From the IMG/VR virus record IMGVR_UViG_3300029305_011549, positions 2,725 through 66,724 of that record: a DNA stretch of 64,000 nucleotides; one strand, 5' to 3'. Below the pieces are notes generated by a model. The model was not told where the DNA came from, searched no databases, and worked only from the letters and a program-made list of their open reading frames with translations. The translations under genes and the position numbers were made by a program. The stretch is from a virus. Lineage: Duplodnaviria; Caudoviricetes. Of this stretch, positions 1 to 9,309 are shown one piece after another (positions within the stretch are counted from its first letter, which is position 1; every line of letters starts with the position of its first letter).

Positions 1-20
1 TCCGCTGCTATAGAGAGGAG

Positions 21-335
21 TTGGTTTATATTATCAGTGTAAATAAAGACGATGTTGTCCGCATCGTATGCCGCAAAACCAATTACCGCGCTTCAGTAAT
101 CGAAGATGTAATCAACGAAACCCTCGATTCGATTATTGCATATATGGAGGACGGTATAACTGTTCGATTTTCTGGCTTTGGTGTGTTTGAGCCGAAGCAG
201 AGAGCCGCACGTATCGGACGAAATCCGCACTCTGGCGAACCCGTCCCCATTCCTGCGCGAACCGTCCCGGTTTTTCGCCCGGGAGAGAATATGAAAAAAG
301 CAGTTATCAAAGAAGACAAGGAGAATAATTTATGA
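21..335 (+). CDS. hup: HU-like histone-like DNA-binding protein
   Basis: Motif FSGFGVFEPKQRAARIGRNPHSGEPVPIPARTVPVFRPG matches the HU/IHF signature; exact start uncertain. Confidence 0.9.
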   Translation: MVYIISVNKDDVVRIVCRKTNYRASVIEDVINETLDSIIAYMEDGITVRFSGFGVFEPKQRAARIGRNPHSGEPVPIPARTVPVFRPGENMKKAVIKEDKENNL

Positions 336-934
336 TCAAAATTAACGTTGAGTCCTCTGATGTGTGGGGGTACGCATTACGTAATCGTAATGAATTGATT
401 GAGAGCGAATATCTTATCGCTGAAAATCCAGACTTCGACATCTCTGTCTATGTGACCATCGACTCATATTACCCCGTGATCAAAATTTATGCTGGGGATA
501 TTCTGATCGCCGAGGAGGAGGTTTTTTCCTCATTCACATGCGCAACCACAGTTGAACAGGTATATGACTCCTATCTAACATCGTACACCACAAGTACATA
601 TTCTTCAGACTCCGCACAAGAGGACGAAGATGCAGATGATGGCGATGATTTGGATGAAATCGAATTGATCGAAGACAGAGAGCTTGAGCTTGATATCGCT
701 GTCGAGGATTTTTTCCGTGCCATCAGTGTAGATGATGACCTTGATTTATCCAGCGATAAAGCAAAGGGGATTCTGGACGACTGCAAAGAGCACTTCCTTG
801 AGTACATCGCAAGAAAGCATAACCTCCGGATTTATCGTCCGATGTATCTCGACTATGACTCCAACGTCGAGTTTGAGCTTTTCCCTTACGAAAACATGGC
901 TTTCGACGACGAGACAAATCCGATCTACAAATAA
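332..934 (+). CDS. Acidic hypothetical protein
   Basis: 200-aa ORF overlapping the hup stop; D/E-rich. Confidence 0.7.
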   Translation: MIKINVESSDVWGYALRNRNELIESEYLIAENPDFDISVYVTIDSYYPVIKIYAGDILIAEEEVFSSFTCATTVEQVYDSYLTSYTTSTYSSDSAQEDEDADDGDDLDEIELIEDRELELDIAVEDFFRAISVDDDLDLSSDKAKGILDDCKEHFLEYIARKHNLRIYRPMYLDYDSNVEFELFPYENMAFDDETNPIYK

Positions 935-1060
935 CCATGTTTATGTGATTTCTCGCCCCGGCTTGATAACCCGGGGTTGCTCGCACTGGCTCTGCCTCCC
1001 CGTGGCGCGAGTGGATAACCAACAAAAAGAGTACATAAAGAATAAAAGGAGAAACAACCT

Positions 1061-1465
1061 ATGGCAAAAATTCTCGTAGCAGGTGACGCAATCATCATCA
1101 ACTCCGCACTTTCCCTCGAAGACCTCAAGATGGTCAAGAAGTACCGTCCGGAAGCGCTGAATCTCTACAGCGGCAAGGAAAACGAAAATCTCGAATTTTC
1201 CATCCTCGTCGGCTGCGGCAGCGGTGTTTGCCCGAAGGGTATCGGGTTCGATTCCGAAACCCGCGATGAAGCGAAGCTCGCAACCCTCACCGTCATGCTT
1301 TCCGAAGTTACCGGCGATCTCAAGGAATATGTTGCGGATAAGTTCGGCTGCGTTATGACGAACCTCAACAAGATCGAAGCAACGCTCCCTGCGGTAATCG
1401 AAGAAATCCGTGCGGAAAAGGCTGCGGTTATGTCCGGCATCACCATCTTCGGCGCTGCCGAATAA
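1061..1465 (+). CDS. Hypothetical protein, probably highly expressed
   Basis: Strong RBS (AAAAGGAGA) and strongly biased codons; followed by a hairpin. Confidence 0.75.
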   Translation: MAKILVAGDAIIINSALSLEDLKMVKKYRPEALNLYSGKENENLEFSILVGCGSGVCPKGIGFDSETRDEAKLATLTVMLSEVTGDLKEYVADKFGCVMTNLNKIEATLPAVIEEIRAEKAAVMSGITIFGAAE

Positions 1466-1470
1466 GACAG

Positions 1471-1490
1471 GCGGCTTTATGCCGCTTTCT
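1471..1490 (+). terminator. Hairpin GCGGC-TTTAT-GCCGC plus short T tract
   Basis: Direct inspection; a near-identical hairpin recurs at 1809-1828. Confidence 0.55.
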
Positions 1491-1558
1491 TATCCGGTTT
1501 TCGTCACAAACAGAAGTTCAAACATCCAAAATATTCATGAATTAAAAGGAGAACATCT

Positions 1559-1798
1559 ATGAACATTATCCAGGTAACCGTACGCGACAACGTCAAGACC
1601 AAGCAGATCGCAGTTCCCAACACCGAAACCCTCCGCAACGCTCTGGAAGCAGCGGGCGTTGACTATGCAGCCGCTGGCACCAGCACTACCCTCGACGGTG
1701 CAACCCTGATGCCGGGTATGCTCGATAAGTCCTTCGGCGAACTCGGTATCACCGAAAAGTGTTATCTGATGTCGATCCGTAAGACCGATAACGCCTGA
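1559..1798 (+). CDS. Ubiquitin-like (beta-grasp) small protein, C-terminus ...KTDNA
   Basis: 79 aa with a beta-beta-alpha pattern (IQVTVRDNVKTKQIAV...TLRNALE...LDG...SFGELGI..LMSI); sits upstream of JAB and ThiF/E1 genes. Confidence 0.65.
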   Translation: MNIIQVTVRDNVKTKQIAVPNTETLRNALEAAGVDYAAAGTSTTLDGATLMPGMLDKSFGELGITEKCYLMSIRKTDNA

Positions 1799-1808
1799 TT
1801 TTCTACAT

Positions 1809-1828
1809 ACCGGCTTTATGCCGGTTTT
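1809..1828 (+). terminator. Hairpin ACCGGC-TTTAT-GCCGGT plus T tract, directly before tRNA-Leu
   Basis: Direct inspection. Confidence 0.5.
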
Positions 1829-1916
1829 GGGGAAATGGCGGAATTGGTAGACGCCCGGGACTTAAAATCCTGTGAGCTAATCCCTCGTGCCGGTTCGATC
1901 CCGGTTTTCCCCACCA
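1829..1916 (+). tRNA. tRNA-Leu (UAA)
   Basis: GGGGAAA/TTTCCCC acceptor stem, anticodon loop CTTAAAA, long variable arm, GGTTCGATCC T-loop, encoded CCA. Confidence 0.93.
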
Positions 1917-1945
1917 AACATTTTTTGAGGAGGTATCAGTAAGTA

Positions 1946-3370
1946 ATGTTCAATGATTATGTCACCACAGAGTTGTCATCTCGTACAGCAGACGTGGTTT
2001 TTGGTATGAAGATCAAATCCGCGTCATACGACGGAGACACTACCTTCGTGTCTACACTCCGAGCGCTCGTTTACCCGAGACTTGGGGACGATGATTGTCT
2101 GAACGTGAGCTTCGATTCAAGCAACTTCACCAGAAACAATCTGGCGGATGTGCCAATTCGTAGATGCGTCGGCGCTGTTTGCGGCGATCCTGATCCGGGG
2201 AGTATCAGAATTCACAACTTCAGAGCGAGAAATCACGACGATAATGTCGCATGGATTGAAGCGGTCAGAGCCAATCTTACGAGTGTGTATCCGCAGTGGG
2301 AACTGCTTGAAAAAGTATCTGATTTTTATCAAAAGGTCTTCAATGTAGTTTGTTTTATCGACGCTGAATCGAAAAGAACACTTATCTATGTCGCAGATCT
2401 TGATCTTCCAAAGCTGCATTATCTGCAATGCAGTATTCCTGCATTTCTGCCTTGGTACTTCGACCCAAAGGACGGATTGACGGAACTCGAAATGGAACTG
2501 ATTAAGTCACTTCGTGAAAAGACATCAGCCAGATACCTCGAATGCATTTCCGAGTTTGCAAAGCAGTACAACTTCCGTGAAATGGCAATCAGAGATTCCT
2601 TGCGCGGTTTTGAAGCAAAGGTGTATGACGCAGAGATCCAGACTGCAAATTCTAATCTTCGCAGCATCAGAGACGATATTGATAACTACCAGAGCCAGAT
2701 CGTCAATCTTCTCTCACGTAAGTCCGACTTTGAAATCAGACTGGCCGGACTGTTGAAAAAGCAGTCTGAAGTTACTGATTCATCGGAACTGATGGATTAT
2801 TTTCTCTGCAACAAATCTCTGGAAGTGCTCGGTGTTGAGGGTCAGTATGTCAGTTTTATGGTAAATACATACTTCGACTACTTTGATGAAGAGTTTGCAA
2901 AAACCTGCATCGAAAACGACAGAAGTGCAATCTACAGCTGCAGCAGATTCAAAAAAGAAAGCATCCGTCTCCTGATGGAAGCAATTTTCGTAAAAAGATC
3001 CGTTCGTATGCGTGTTTGCGCTGCGTATAAATTTCAGCTTGGCAGGAGTTTAACCGCACTTTCAGAAGATAGTTGTGAGTATCCGGATATGTCGCGTCTT
3101 CCTAACCCTCATATTTACCACTACTCGTGTCTCGGAGATTACCGTCCGGTCATGAATGAGATGGTTATGAACAATGACTATATCGGCGCTGTTGAACAGT
3201 GCTGTGCTTCGGCGAAGTCTTTGAATTTTGGTGATGGAATCGTAATGGAGAAGTTCTCATACGATCTCCAGAACAGAGAAGGAAAATTTATTGAACTTCC
3301 GGATGGTACTATGGTAACCGTCGAATCTGCAATTAAATGGCTGAAAGAACAGGAGGAAACCAATGAGTAA
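1946..3370 (+). CDS. Large protein with central coiled coil and putative C-terminal E2/UBC-like domain
   Basis: C-terminal LPNPHIYHYSCLGDY resembles the prokaryotic E2 HPH...CLG active-site motif; flanked by Ubl, JAB and E1 genes. Confidence 0.5.
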   Translation: MFNDYVTTELSSRTADVVFGMKIKSASYDGDTTFVSTLRALVYPRLGDDDCLNVSFDSSNFTRNNLADVPIRRCVGAVCGDPDPGSIRIHNFRARNHDDNVAWIEAVRANLTSVYPQWELLEKVSDFYQKVFNVVCFIDAESKRTLIYVADLDLPKLHYLQCSIPAFLPWYFDPKDGLTELEMELIKSLREKTSARYLECISEFAKQYNFREMAIRDSLRGFEAKVYDAEIQTANSNLRSIRDDIDNYQSQIVNLLSRKSDFEIRLAGLLKKQSEVTDSSELMDYFLCNKSLEVLGVEGQYVSFMVNTYFDYFDEEFAKTCIENDRSAIYSCSRFKKESIRLLMEAIFVKRSVRMRVCAAYKFQLGRSLTALSEDSCEYPDMSRLPNPHIYHYSCLGDYRPVMNEMVMNNDYIGAVEQCCASAKSLNFGDGIVMEKFSYDLQNREGKFIELPDGTMVTVESAIKWLKEQEETNE

Positions 3371-4283
3371 GATTATCAGAGTCACAGAAGAACACAAAGA
3401 AGCACTTCGAACACAGTTCGAGGCGGCCTTGGCAAAGATGAAGATTGCGGACGGAAAGTTCAGCTTTAACCGTTCGTTCTCTGATACGGGGAAAAGGGCA
3501 AAGCTGTATTTTACAGAGACTGCGTGGCTCAAGATGCAGACGCTGATTCGTGAGTATCAGATCGAGATCGGTTGGTATGGCGTCGCTTCCCGTATGGAAG
3601 ACGAAGAAAACGCCTATATCGTGTCCGATATTCTCGTGTATCCACAGAGTGTTACCGGTACAACCGTTGATATGGATGCGGAAAAGACCAACGAGTGGAT
3701 TTTTGAAAACCGCGAAGACGACCGTTTCAATAACATCCGCGCTCAGGGACACTCCCACGTCAATATGCAGACCAGCCCATCCGGTGTCGATCTCGGACAT
3801 CAGGAGGACATCCTCGAAATGCTCGATGACGGGTTCTATATCTTTATGATCTGGAACAAGAGAGGAGAGAAGAACGTCAAGATTTACGATCTTGATCAGA
3901 ATATCCTCTTTGAAACCGCAGACATCACGGTTTCTGTCAAGAACGAAATCGGACTTGATGATTTCCTTGCCGACGCTAAGAAAAAGGCAGTTTCAAAATC
4001 GTATTCGGCCGGATATAATGCCTATGGCAACGCCTACAATGGCTACAGCAGCTATAACAAGGAGTCCGGTAAAACCAACACTCCTGCGTACACACAGCCC
4101 ACAACAACATCTGTAGCCCCTGCAGCAAAAACAGAGCCGAAACCCGCTGCTTCTCCCTCAACTCCCGAGCCGAAGCCGGTAAACGGCAAGTATACCAAAA
4201 AAGGAAAACCCGTATCGCATTCCGGGAAAGCGTATCAACCCCGCATTTCGGATTATGATGCGTATGATTCTGATGTGTACTGA
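3363..4283 (+). CDS. JAB/MPN (Mov34) metallo-isopeptidase with low-complexity C-terminal tail
   Basis: EIGWYG ... GHSHVNMQTSPSGVD matches the E...HxH-x7-S-xx-D JAMM motif. Confidence 0.85.
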   Translation: MSKIIRVTEEHKEALRTQFEAALAKMKIADGKFSFNRSFSDTGKRAKLYFTETAWLKMQTLIREYQIEIGWYGVASRMEDEENAYIVSDILVYPQSVTGTTVDMDAEKTNEWIFENREDDRFNNIRAQGHSHVNMQTSPSGVDLGHQEDILEMLDDGFYIFMIWNKRGEKNVKIYDLDQNILFETADITVSVKNEIGLDDFLADAKKKAVSKSYSAGYNAYGNAYNGYSSYNKESGKTNTPAYTQPTTTSVAPAAKTEPKPAASPSTPEPKPVNGKYTKKGKPVSHSGKAYQPRISDYDAYDSDVY

Positions 4284-4300
4284 TAACTGGAGGTGTCCAA

Positions 4301-4900
4301 ATGACAAGGCAGGAATTCATCGATAGTATAACGGAGTGGAATGAACTTATCGACTTCTGTAACGATTATGACATCTATTCGTATGTTCAAGATATATACA
4401 CTGACGATCAAATGGCAGAGCATATCGAATATAATGCCGAGGACTTCATCTGCGAAAACGGCTGGGTGTGTTTCCGTGATTACTTGAATGACATAAGAGA
4501 AGGTCATTACTTCTATAAAAAGACAGGCGAGATGGAATTTGAATACATGGATGATAATGATCTTGCACGTCTTAAAAATGAAATCCTTGAAAACGAAGAA
4601 GAAATTTTCGACGAAGAGGATGACGAGGAAGAGCCGGAGGCTATAGCAGAGGAAGAAACCTCCGTTGATGCAGAACCAACGCCGGATGAGCCGATCGGAA
4701 TCGATGCACTTTTCTCAGAATGCAGTGCGGTGTTCCAGAGCGCACAGCAGGAGATTGACCGCCGAAACGAGGAAGCCAGAGCAAGAGAATCCGCCGCTGC
4801 AGAAGAAGCAAAGAAACGGTCGGAAGCCGAAGAATCAGAAGACGCTGGTTTCGAAGACTTGCTCCATATGTATTATGAAACCCAGAGCAGATACGCATAA
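4301..4900 (+). CDS. Acidic hypothetical protein within the Ubl cluster
   Basis: RBS GGAGG; E/D-rich C-terminal half. Confidence 0.7.
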   Translation: MTRQEFIDSITEWNELIDFCNDYDIYSYVQDIYTDDQMAEHIEYNAEDFICENGWVCFRDYLNDIREGHYFYKKTGEMEFEYMDDNDLARLKNEILENEEEIFDEEDDEEEPEAIAEEETSVDAEPTPDEPIGIDALFSECSAVFQSAQQEIDRRNEEARARESAAAEEAKKRSEAEESEDAGFEDLLHMYYETQSRYA

Positions 4901-4914
4901 AAGGAGGATTTTGT

Positions 4915-5586
4915 ATGAACCTGAATAAATCTTATGATTTTTTTCAGCCCGAAATGATTGGTGCAAAGATCCATATCATCGGATGCGGCTCCGTCGGATC
5001 GACGGTAGCCGAAAATCTCGCACGGTGTGGGGTTAAGAACATGACCCTGTACGATTTCGATACTGTCGAATCCCACAATATCGTAAACCAAATGTATATC
5101 GAGCGACAGATCGGTATGCCGAAAGTCGAGGCACTGAAGCAGCTGCTTTGCGAAATCAACAGCGACCTGAATGACACCGTCGAAACCGTCGGCGAGGGTT
5201 GGCAGGGTAAGACCCTTTCCGGATACATCTTCCTCTGTGTAGATAATATCGATATCCGCCGTGATTTTGTCGAGAAGCACTTCGATAGCCCGTATGTCAA
5301 GGCGGTTTTTGATTTCCGAACCGCACTGACCGATGCGCAGCACTACGCCGCAGATTGGAAAGACCGCAAGATGAAGCAGGATCTTCTGAACTCCATGCAG
5401 TTCTCCCATGAAGAAGCCGTCGCGGAAACTCCCGTCTCCGCTTGCGGTACCACACTCGGCGTGGCAACCACAGTACGTGTGATTTGCGCACTCGGTGTCA
5501 ATAATTTCATCAACTATGTAAAAGGCGAAGGTTTGAAAAAGCTGGTCGTACCCGAAGTATTCAAATTTTTGCTGGACGCATTCTGA
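4915..5586 (+). CDS. ThiF/MoeB/E1-like adenylating enzyme
   Basis: IIGCGSVGS nucleotide-binding motif, LYDFDTVESHNIVNQ, FLCVDNIDIR; candidate catalytic Cys in SACG. Confidence 0.9.
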   Translation: MNLNKSYDFFQPEMIGAKIHIIGCGSVGSTVAENLARCGVKNMTLYDFDTVESHNIVNQMYIERQIGMPKVEALKQLLCEINSDLNDTVETVGEGWQGKTLSGYIFLCVDNIDIRRDFVEKHFDSPYVKAVFDFRTALTDAQHYAADWKDRKMKQDLLNSMQFSHEEAVAETPVSACGTTLGVATTVRVICALGVNNFINYVKGEGLKKLVVPEVFKFLLDAF

Positions 5587-5601
5587 TAATCTGAAATTTT
5601 T

Positions 5602-5898
5602 TAACTGTAATGCAATGTATCTCATTCGAGATAGCTCCTCGCTTTCAGCAGGAGTAACACTTTGAAGGGACAACGAAGGCCGGCAGCTGCCGGCATCCCC
5701 AGGGTCCGACCGCAAAATAAGCCAGAAAATAGAACGGCACACCCAAAGAAATAAAATAAACCCACAAACACAACTCGAAACAACCAAAAAAAAACCCGAC
5801 CTTCAGACATCCCAATCTACCATCAACCAGCTCCACTCACGACGTACGCTTTCAGGAGGCTCTCCAGCGCCTGCAACAACATAAAAAGATTACAGTTA
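5602..5898 (+). ncRNA. Retron-like msr/msd RNA, copy 1 (adjacent to the RT)
   Basis: Terminal inverted repeat TAACTGTAAT (5602-5611)/ATTACAGTTA (5889-5898), G at 5612 just after the 5' arm, hairpins at 5618-5633 and 5634-5655, A/C-rich body; ends 16 nt before the RT ATG. Confidence 0.8.
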
Positions 5899-5914
5899 TT
5901 ACGAGGAAGTACAT

Positions 5915-7081
5915 ATGACAACCTACATCACATTCAAACAATCCCCGCATTTCCACCAAATGACGTTGGAAGAACTGCTTTTCTCCACAGATGCAAGATC
6001 ATATATGATCAGCGCTAATACCGCCAACACAAGAACGTATATCACAGAGCATCCGCAGAGAAAACTGCTCGAACAGATCAATGTTGCCGATTTGATCGCA
6101 AAGCTCAACGCATTCAACGAAGAAAACGAATGTCTCCATTATGTCGATGATAAGAGAAAGCTGTATCATACATTCCATATTCCAAAAAAATCCGGTGGTT
6201 TGCGCCGTATCGACGCACCGAATGACGCTCTTATGGAAGCACTTCGGAATCTCAAGCAGATTTTCGAGGTTGATTTTCATGCGCTTTACCATACAAGTGC
6301 ATTTGCGTATGTCAAAAACAGAAGCACGATTGACGCAGTAAAGCGGCATCAGCAGAATGAAAGCAAGTGGTTTGCAAAGTATGATCTGTCCGATTTTTTC
6401 GGAAGCACAACCCTTGATTTCGTTATGAAGATGCTGTCTATGGTTTTCCCGTTCTCCGAGGTCATGATGTATAAGAGCGGAGAGGAAGCGCTCAGAAAAG
6501 CGCTCGATCTTGCGTTCTTAAATGGCGGTCTCCCGCAGGGTACGCCGATTTCTCCGCTGATTACCAACCTCGTTATGATCCCGATCGACTATAAGCTTTC
6601 CAATACTCTGCGTGATTTTGATAAACAACACTTTGTTTATACAAGATACGCGGACGATTTTTTGATTTCCAGTAAGTACGACTTCGATCATAAAAAGATC
6701 GAATCTTTGATTTCCGATACGCTCCGTGAATTCGGCGCTCCGTTTTCCCTGAAGCCGCAGAAGACACGTTACGGTTCTGCTGCAGGCTCCAACTGGAACC
6801 TCGGTGTTATGCTCAACAAGGATAACGAAATCACCGTCGGTCATAAGAAAAAGCGGCAGTTTCAGGCGATGCTGCATCAGTATATCATGGATAAAAAGAA
6901 TGGCTGCGGCTGGGAATTCCACGATATCATGACGCTGCATGGGTATTATGCATACTACCGCATGGTTGAGGGCGAGACCATTGATAAGATCGTCGCCCAT
7001 ATCGATGAAAAACACGGCGTGAACGTCCTTGATATGATTAAGGCAGACCTGGCCGCGATAGCGAAAGGAGAATATAAATGA
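5915..7081 (+). CDS. Retron-like reverse transcriptase
   Basis: IPKKSGGLRRIDAP, KYDLSDFFGS, LPQGTPISP, YTRYADD; region X/Y equivalents are atypical (AVKRH instead of NAxxH, NLG instead of VTG); no endonuclease domain. Confidence 0.9.
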   Translation: MTTYITFKQSPHFHQMTLEELLFSTDARSYMISANTANTRTYITEHPQRKLLEQINVADLIAKLNAFNEENECLHYVDDKRKLYHTFHIPKKSGGLRRIDAPNDALMEALRNLKQIFEVDFHALYHTSAFAYVKNRSTIDAVKRHQQNESKWFAKYDLSDFFGSTTLDFVMKMLSMVFPFSEVMMYKSGEEALRKALDLAFLNGGLPQGTPISPLITNLVMIPIDYKLSNTLRDFDKQHFVYTRYADDFLISSKYDFDHKKIESLISDTLREFGAPFSLKPQKTRYGSAAGSNWNLGVMLNKDNEITVGHKKKRQFQAMLHQYIMDKKNGCGWEFHDIMTLHGYYAYYRMVEGETIDKIVAHIDEKHGVNVLDMIKADLAAIAKGEYK

Positions 7082-8166
7082 AAATTGTAAATTCCGGTGA
7101 AACATATGATATCTACGGCGATTCCCTCTGTACATACGACCGACTTCCCACACTCACGTATTACGTGCGGTTCGCTGAAAGAAAGGGTTTCTTCCTTGAG
7201 AGAGGTCACGATATGAACGTCGGCGAATCAAAGGTATACGGCGTTCATATGGACAAGGTTCATAAGGTTTTGCGTGCGTTCAATGTGTTCGAGCGTAATC
7301 TCGGCGTAATTCTTTCCGGAGACAAGGGTATCGGTAAATCCCTGTTTGTAAGATGCCTGTCTGTTATGGCGGGATTGCAGAGCATCCCGACGATCATCGT
7401 AGATACGCATTACAACGGTATCGCCTCGTTCTTGGAAAGCATCGAGCAGGAAGTTCTTGTCGTGTTTGATGAATTTGACAAGACTTTCAATAAGGAAGAA
7501 TATCAAACAGAATTGCTCGGTCTTTTCGATGGCATCTCCAGCGGAAAGAAGCTGTTCGTAATTACATGCAATATGTATCAAAGATTGAACGAATACCTTC
7601 TGAACCGTCCCGGAAGATTCCACTATCACCTCCGATTCAATTATCCGAACCGCGAAGAAATCCAAGAGTATCTTTTGGATAAGGTCGAGGAGCAGTATCA
7701 CGATCAGATTCCCGGTGTGATTTCGTTTGCTCATAAGATCAGATTGAATTACGACTGTCTGCGTGCGATCGCATTCGAGCTGAACACAGGCATCAATTAT
7801 AAGGAAGCTTTGCTTGATCTGAATATCTTGAGCGTAGGTCGCTCGCTTGGGTATGAAGTTAAACTACTTTTCGAAAATGGGGTTGTCGCAACTGATACGA
7901 TCCATATCGATGATGACGACATGGACAATATGTACTGCGCTTATCTTGAAGATCCTGTCTCGAAAAAGAATTGGGTCGACGTAACTTTCTCTTTTTCCGA
8001 TGCTGTCTTCGGCGAAGACGGAGACGATACGTACATCCCGATCGAAAAGGTTCATATCGGTTTTGACGGTCGGTATGAGGAGCTTACAAAGGCTGTCGAA
8101 AATGTTCCCGCAAAGCGCTTGATCCTGAAGCGCGTCTCCGATAAGAGTATTCACTACGCTCTGTAA
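7078..8166 (+). CDS. AAA+ ATPase, translationally coupled to the RT
   Basis: Walker A GDKGIGKS, Walker B VVFDEFD, NRPGRF arginine finger; ATGA overlap with the RT stop. Confidence 0.88.
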   Translation: MKIVNSGETYDIYGDSLCTYDRLPTLTYYVRFAERKGFFLERGHDMNVGESKVYGVHMDKVHKVLRAFNVFERNLGVILSGDKGIGKSLFVRCLSVMAGLQSIPTIIVDTHYNGIASFLESIEQEVLVVFDEFDKTFNKEEYQTELLGLFDGISSGKKLFVITCNMYQRLNEYLLNRPGRFHYHLRFNYPNREEIQEYLLDKVEEQYHDQIPGVISFAHKIRLNYDCLRAIAFELNTGINYKEALLDLNILSVGRSLGYEVKLLFENGVVATDTIHIDDDDMDNMYCAYLEDPVSKKNWVDVTFSFSDAVFGEDGDDTYIPIEKVHIGFDGRYEELTKAVENVPAKRLILKRVSDKSIHYAL

Positions 8167-8171
8167 GTTTG

Positions 8172-8201
8172 TTTGTGACCGACAGAAATGTCGGTCACAA
8201 A
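8172..8201. terminator. Perfect 13-bp hairpin with GAAA loop ending the Ubl-RT-ATPase unit
   Basis: TTTGTGACCGACA-GAAA-TGTCGGTCACAAA. Confidence 0.75.
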
Positions 8202-8226
8202 AGGATAATTTTATAGGGAGGTTGCT

Positions 8227-8475
8227 ATGGACAACAGAACTATATTTTTTAATGGAAATACTGTTATTATAACAGAAAATGCATACGGAGAAATCTATTT
8301 GATTGAAGCAAGGTATATTCAAGATATTGTGGATGATTGGATGGGAGACTGCAACTTTGTTCCGTCGAACGATGCAAAAGTATTCTTTGCAAGTTGGAAT
8401 AACGAACCTATTAACCCTTATGAATACACAGACTTTGAATCTTTGATTAGATATTTGCAGAGTTTGACAAGATAA
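8227..8475 (+). CDS. Hypothetical protein (AT-rich)
   Basis: ORF with RBS GGGAGG. Confidence 0.6.
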   Translation: MDNRTIFFNGNTVIITENAYGEIYLIEARYIQDIVDDWMGDCNFVPSNDAKVFFASWNNEPINPYEYTDFESLIRYLQSLTR

Positions 8476-8476
8476 A

Positions 8477-8743
8477 ATGAAAGACGATTTTATAGAGGAT
8501 TTAATTATGTATTACGATGTAGTTTGTAATGTTTACGAAAAAAGCGAAGATGGATTAGATTGCAGAGTCGATTCTCATTTACTTTGTGGTGGATTTGAAA
8601 CAGAAGACGATGCAATGAAATACATTTATACACACGATTGTACGGAATATAATGATGTTAGGAAAACCAACTTATACGCTTGTGTTGAGATTGAAGGACA
8701 CGACGAAGACGGAAGCGTTGTAAGCGTAATTACAGTTGGTTAA
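8477..8743 (+). CDS. Hypothetical protein (AT-rich)
   Basis: ORF adjacent to the previous one. Confidence 0.55.
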   Translation: MKDDFIEDLIMYYDVVCNVYEKSEDGLDCRVDSHLLCGGFETEDDAMKYIYTHDCTEYNDVRKTNLYACVEIEGHDEDGSVVSVITVG

Positions 8744-8904
8744 ACAAATAAAAGAGTGATTTGGGTGGTGTTTTTGCACCACAAAAACATCAAGCCTACC
8801 ATAAATCGTTACGAATACGACATGGCAGGCCTGATGAATGTGTTTGTTTTTAGAAATCGATTCCAAAATCGGTTTCGTCGGATAGACGATCGAAATGATT
8901 TACT

Positions 8905-9309
8905 TCACTTGATGGATGAAAACAGCGGGATTGCAATCGAGTTATTCCATCTCCGGATGTTTCCTCTTTCATACTCCTGTTTGTAGATATACAAGAACTG
9001 AGCCATTGTCGGTTTTTGAACCGGCGTTGTGGAATGGTAAAACAGCATTGCGCATTCCGATTCATAATCCTTCCACATAGAATTCAGCATATACCGAAGT
9101 GAACGCTCTACTGCTTTCCATTTGCAGTGATCCATTTTGGCAACATCGACATACAGTTCGATAACCTGCATGTTCAGAATATCATCATGCTGAACCACAT
9201 ACCGCATGGCATATTCCATCCGGCGGCTCGACTTTGTCCAGCGTATAACACCCAGGTGAAGCAGCGATAAGTATATCGTTTCTTTGTCGTCTTCTGTCAA
9301 TTCTCTCAT
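8905..9309 (-). CDS. Spo0A C-terminal-like DNA-binding protein (no receiver domain)
   Basis: LLHLGV...LYVDVAK...WKAVERSLRYML...W...KPTMAQFL aligns by eye with Spo0A-C (LYPDIAK...VERAIRHAI...W...KPTNSEFI). Confidence 0.7.
   Translation of the reverse strand: MRELTEDDKETIYLSLLHLGVIRWTKSSRRMEYAMRYVVQHDDILNMQVIELYVDVAKMDHCKWKAVERSLRYMLNSMWKDYESECAMLFYHSTTPVQKPTMAQFLYIYKQEYERGNIRRWNNSIAIPLFSSIK

Noticed and set aside
5622-5836. Minus-strand hydrophobic ORFs (62-63 aa) over the ncRNA
   Set aside because: An expected artefact of the T/G-rich antisense strand; no RBS seen, and the structure covariation points to RNA function on the plus strand.
5915-7081. RT as a diversity-generating retroelement or group II intron maturase
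   Set aside because: It has LPQG rather than the DGR-type GxxxSQ pattern, I found no TR/VR pair or Avd-like gene, and there is no domain V or intron-like interruption; the flanking RNA is retron-like.
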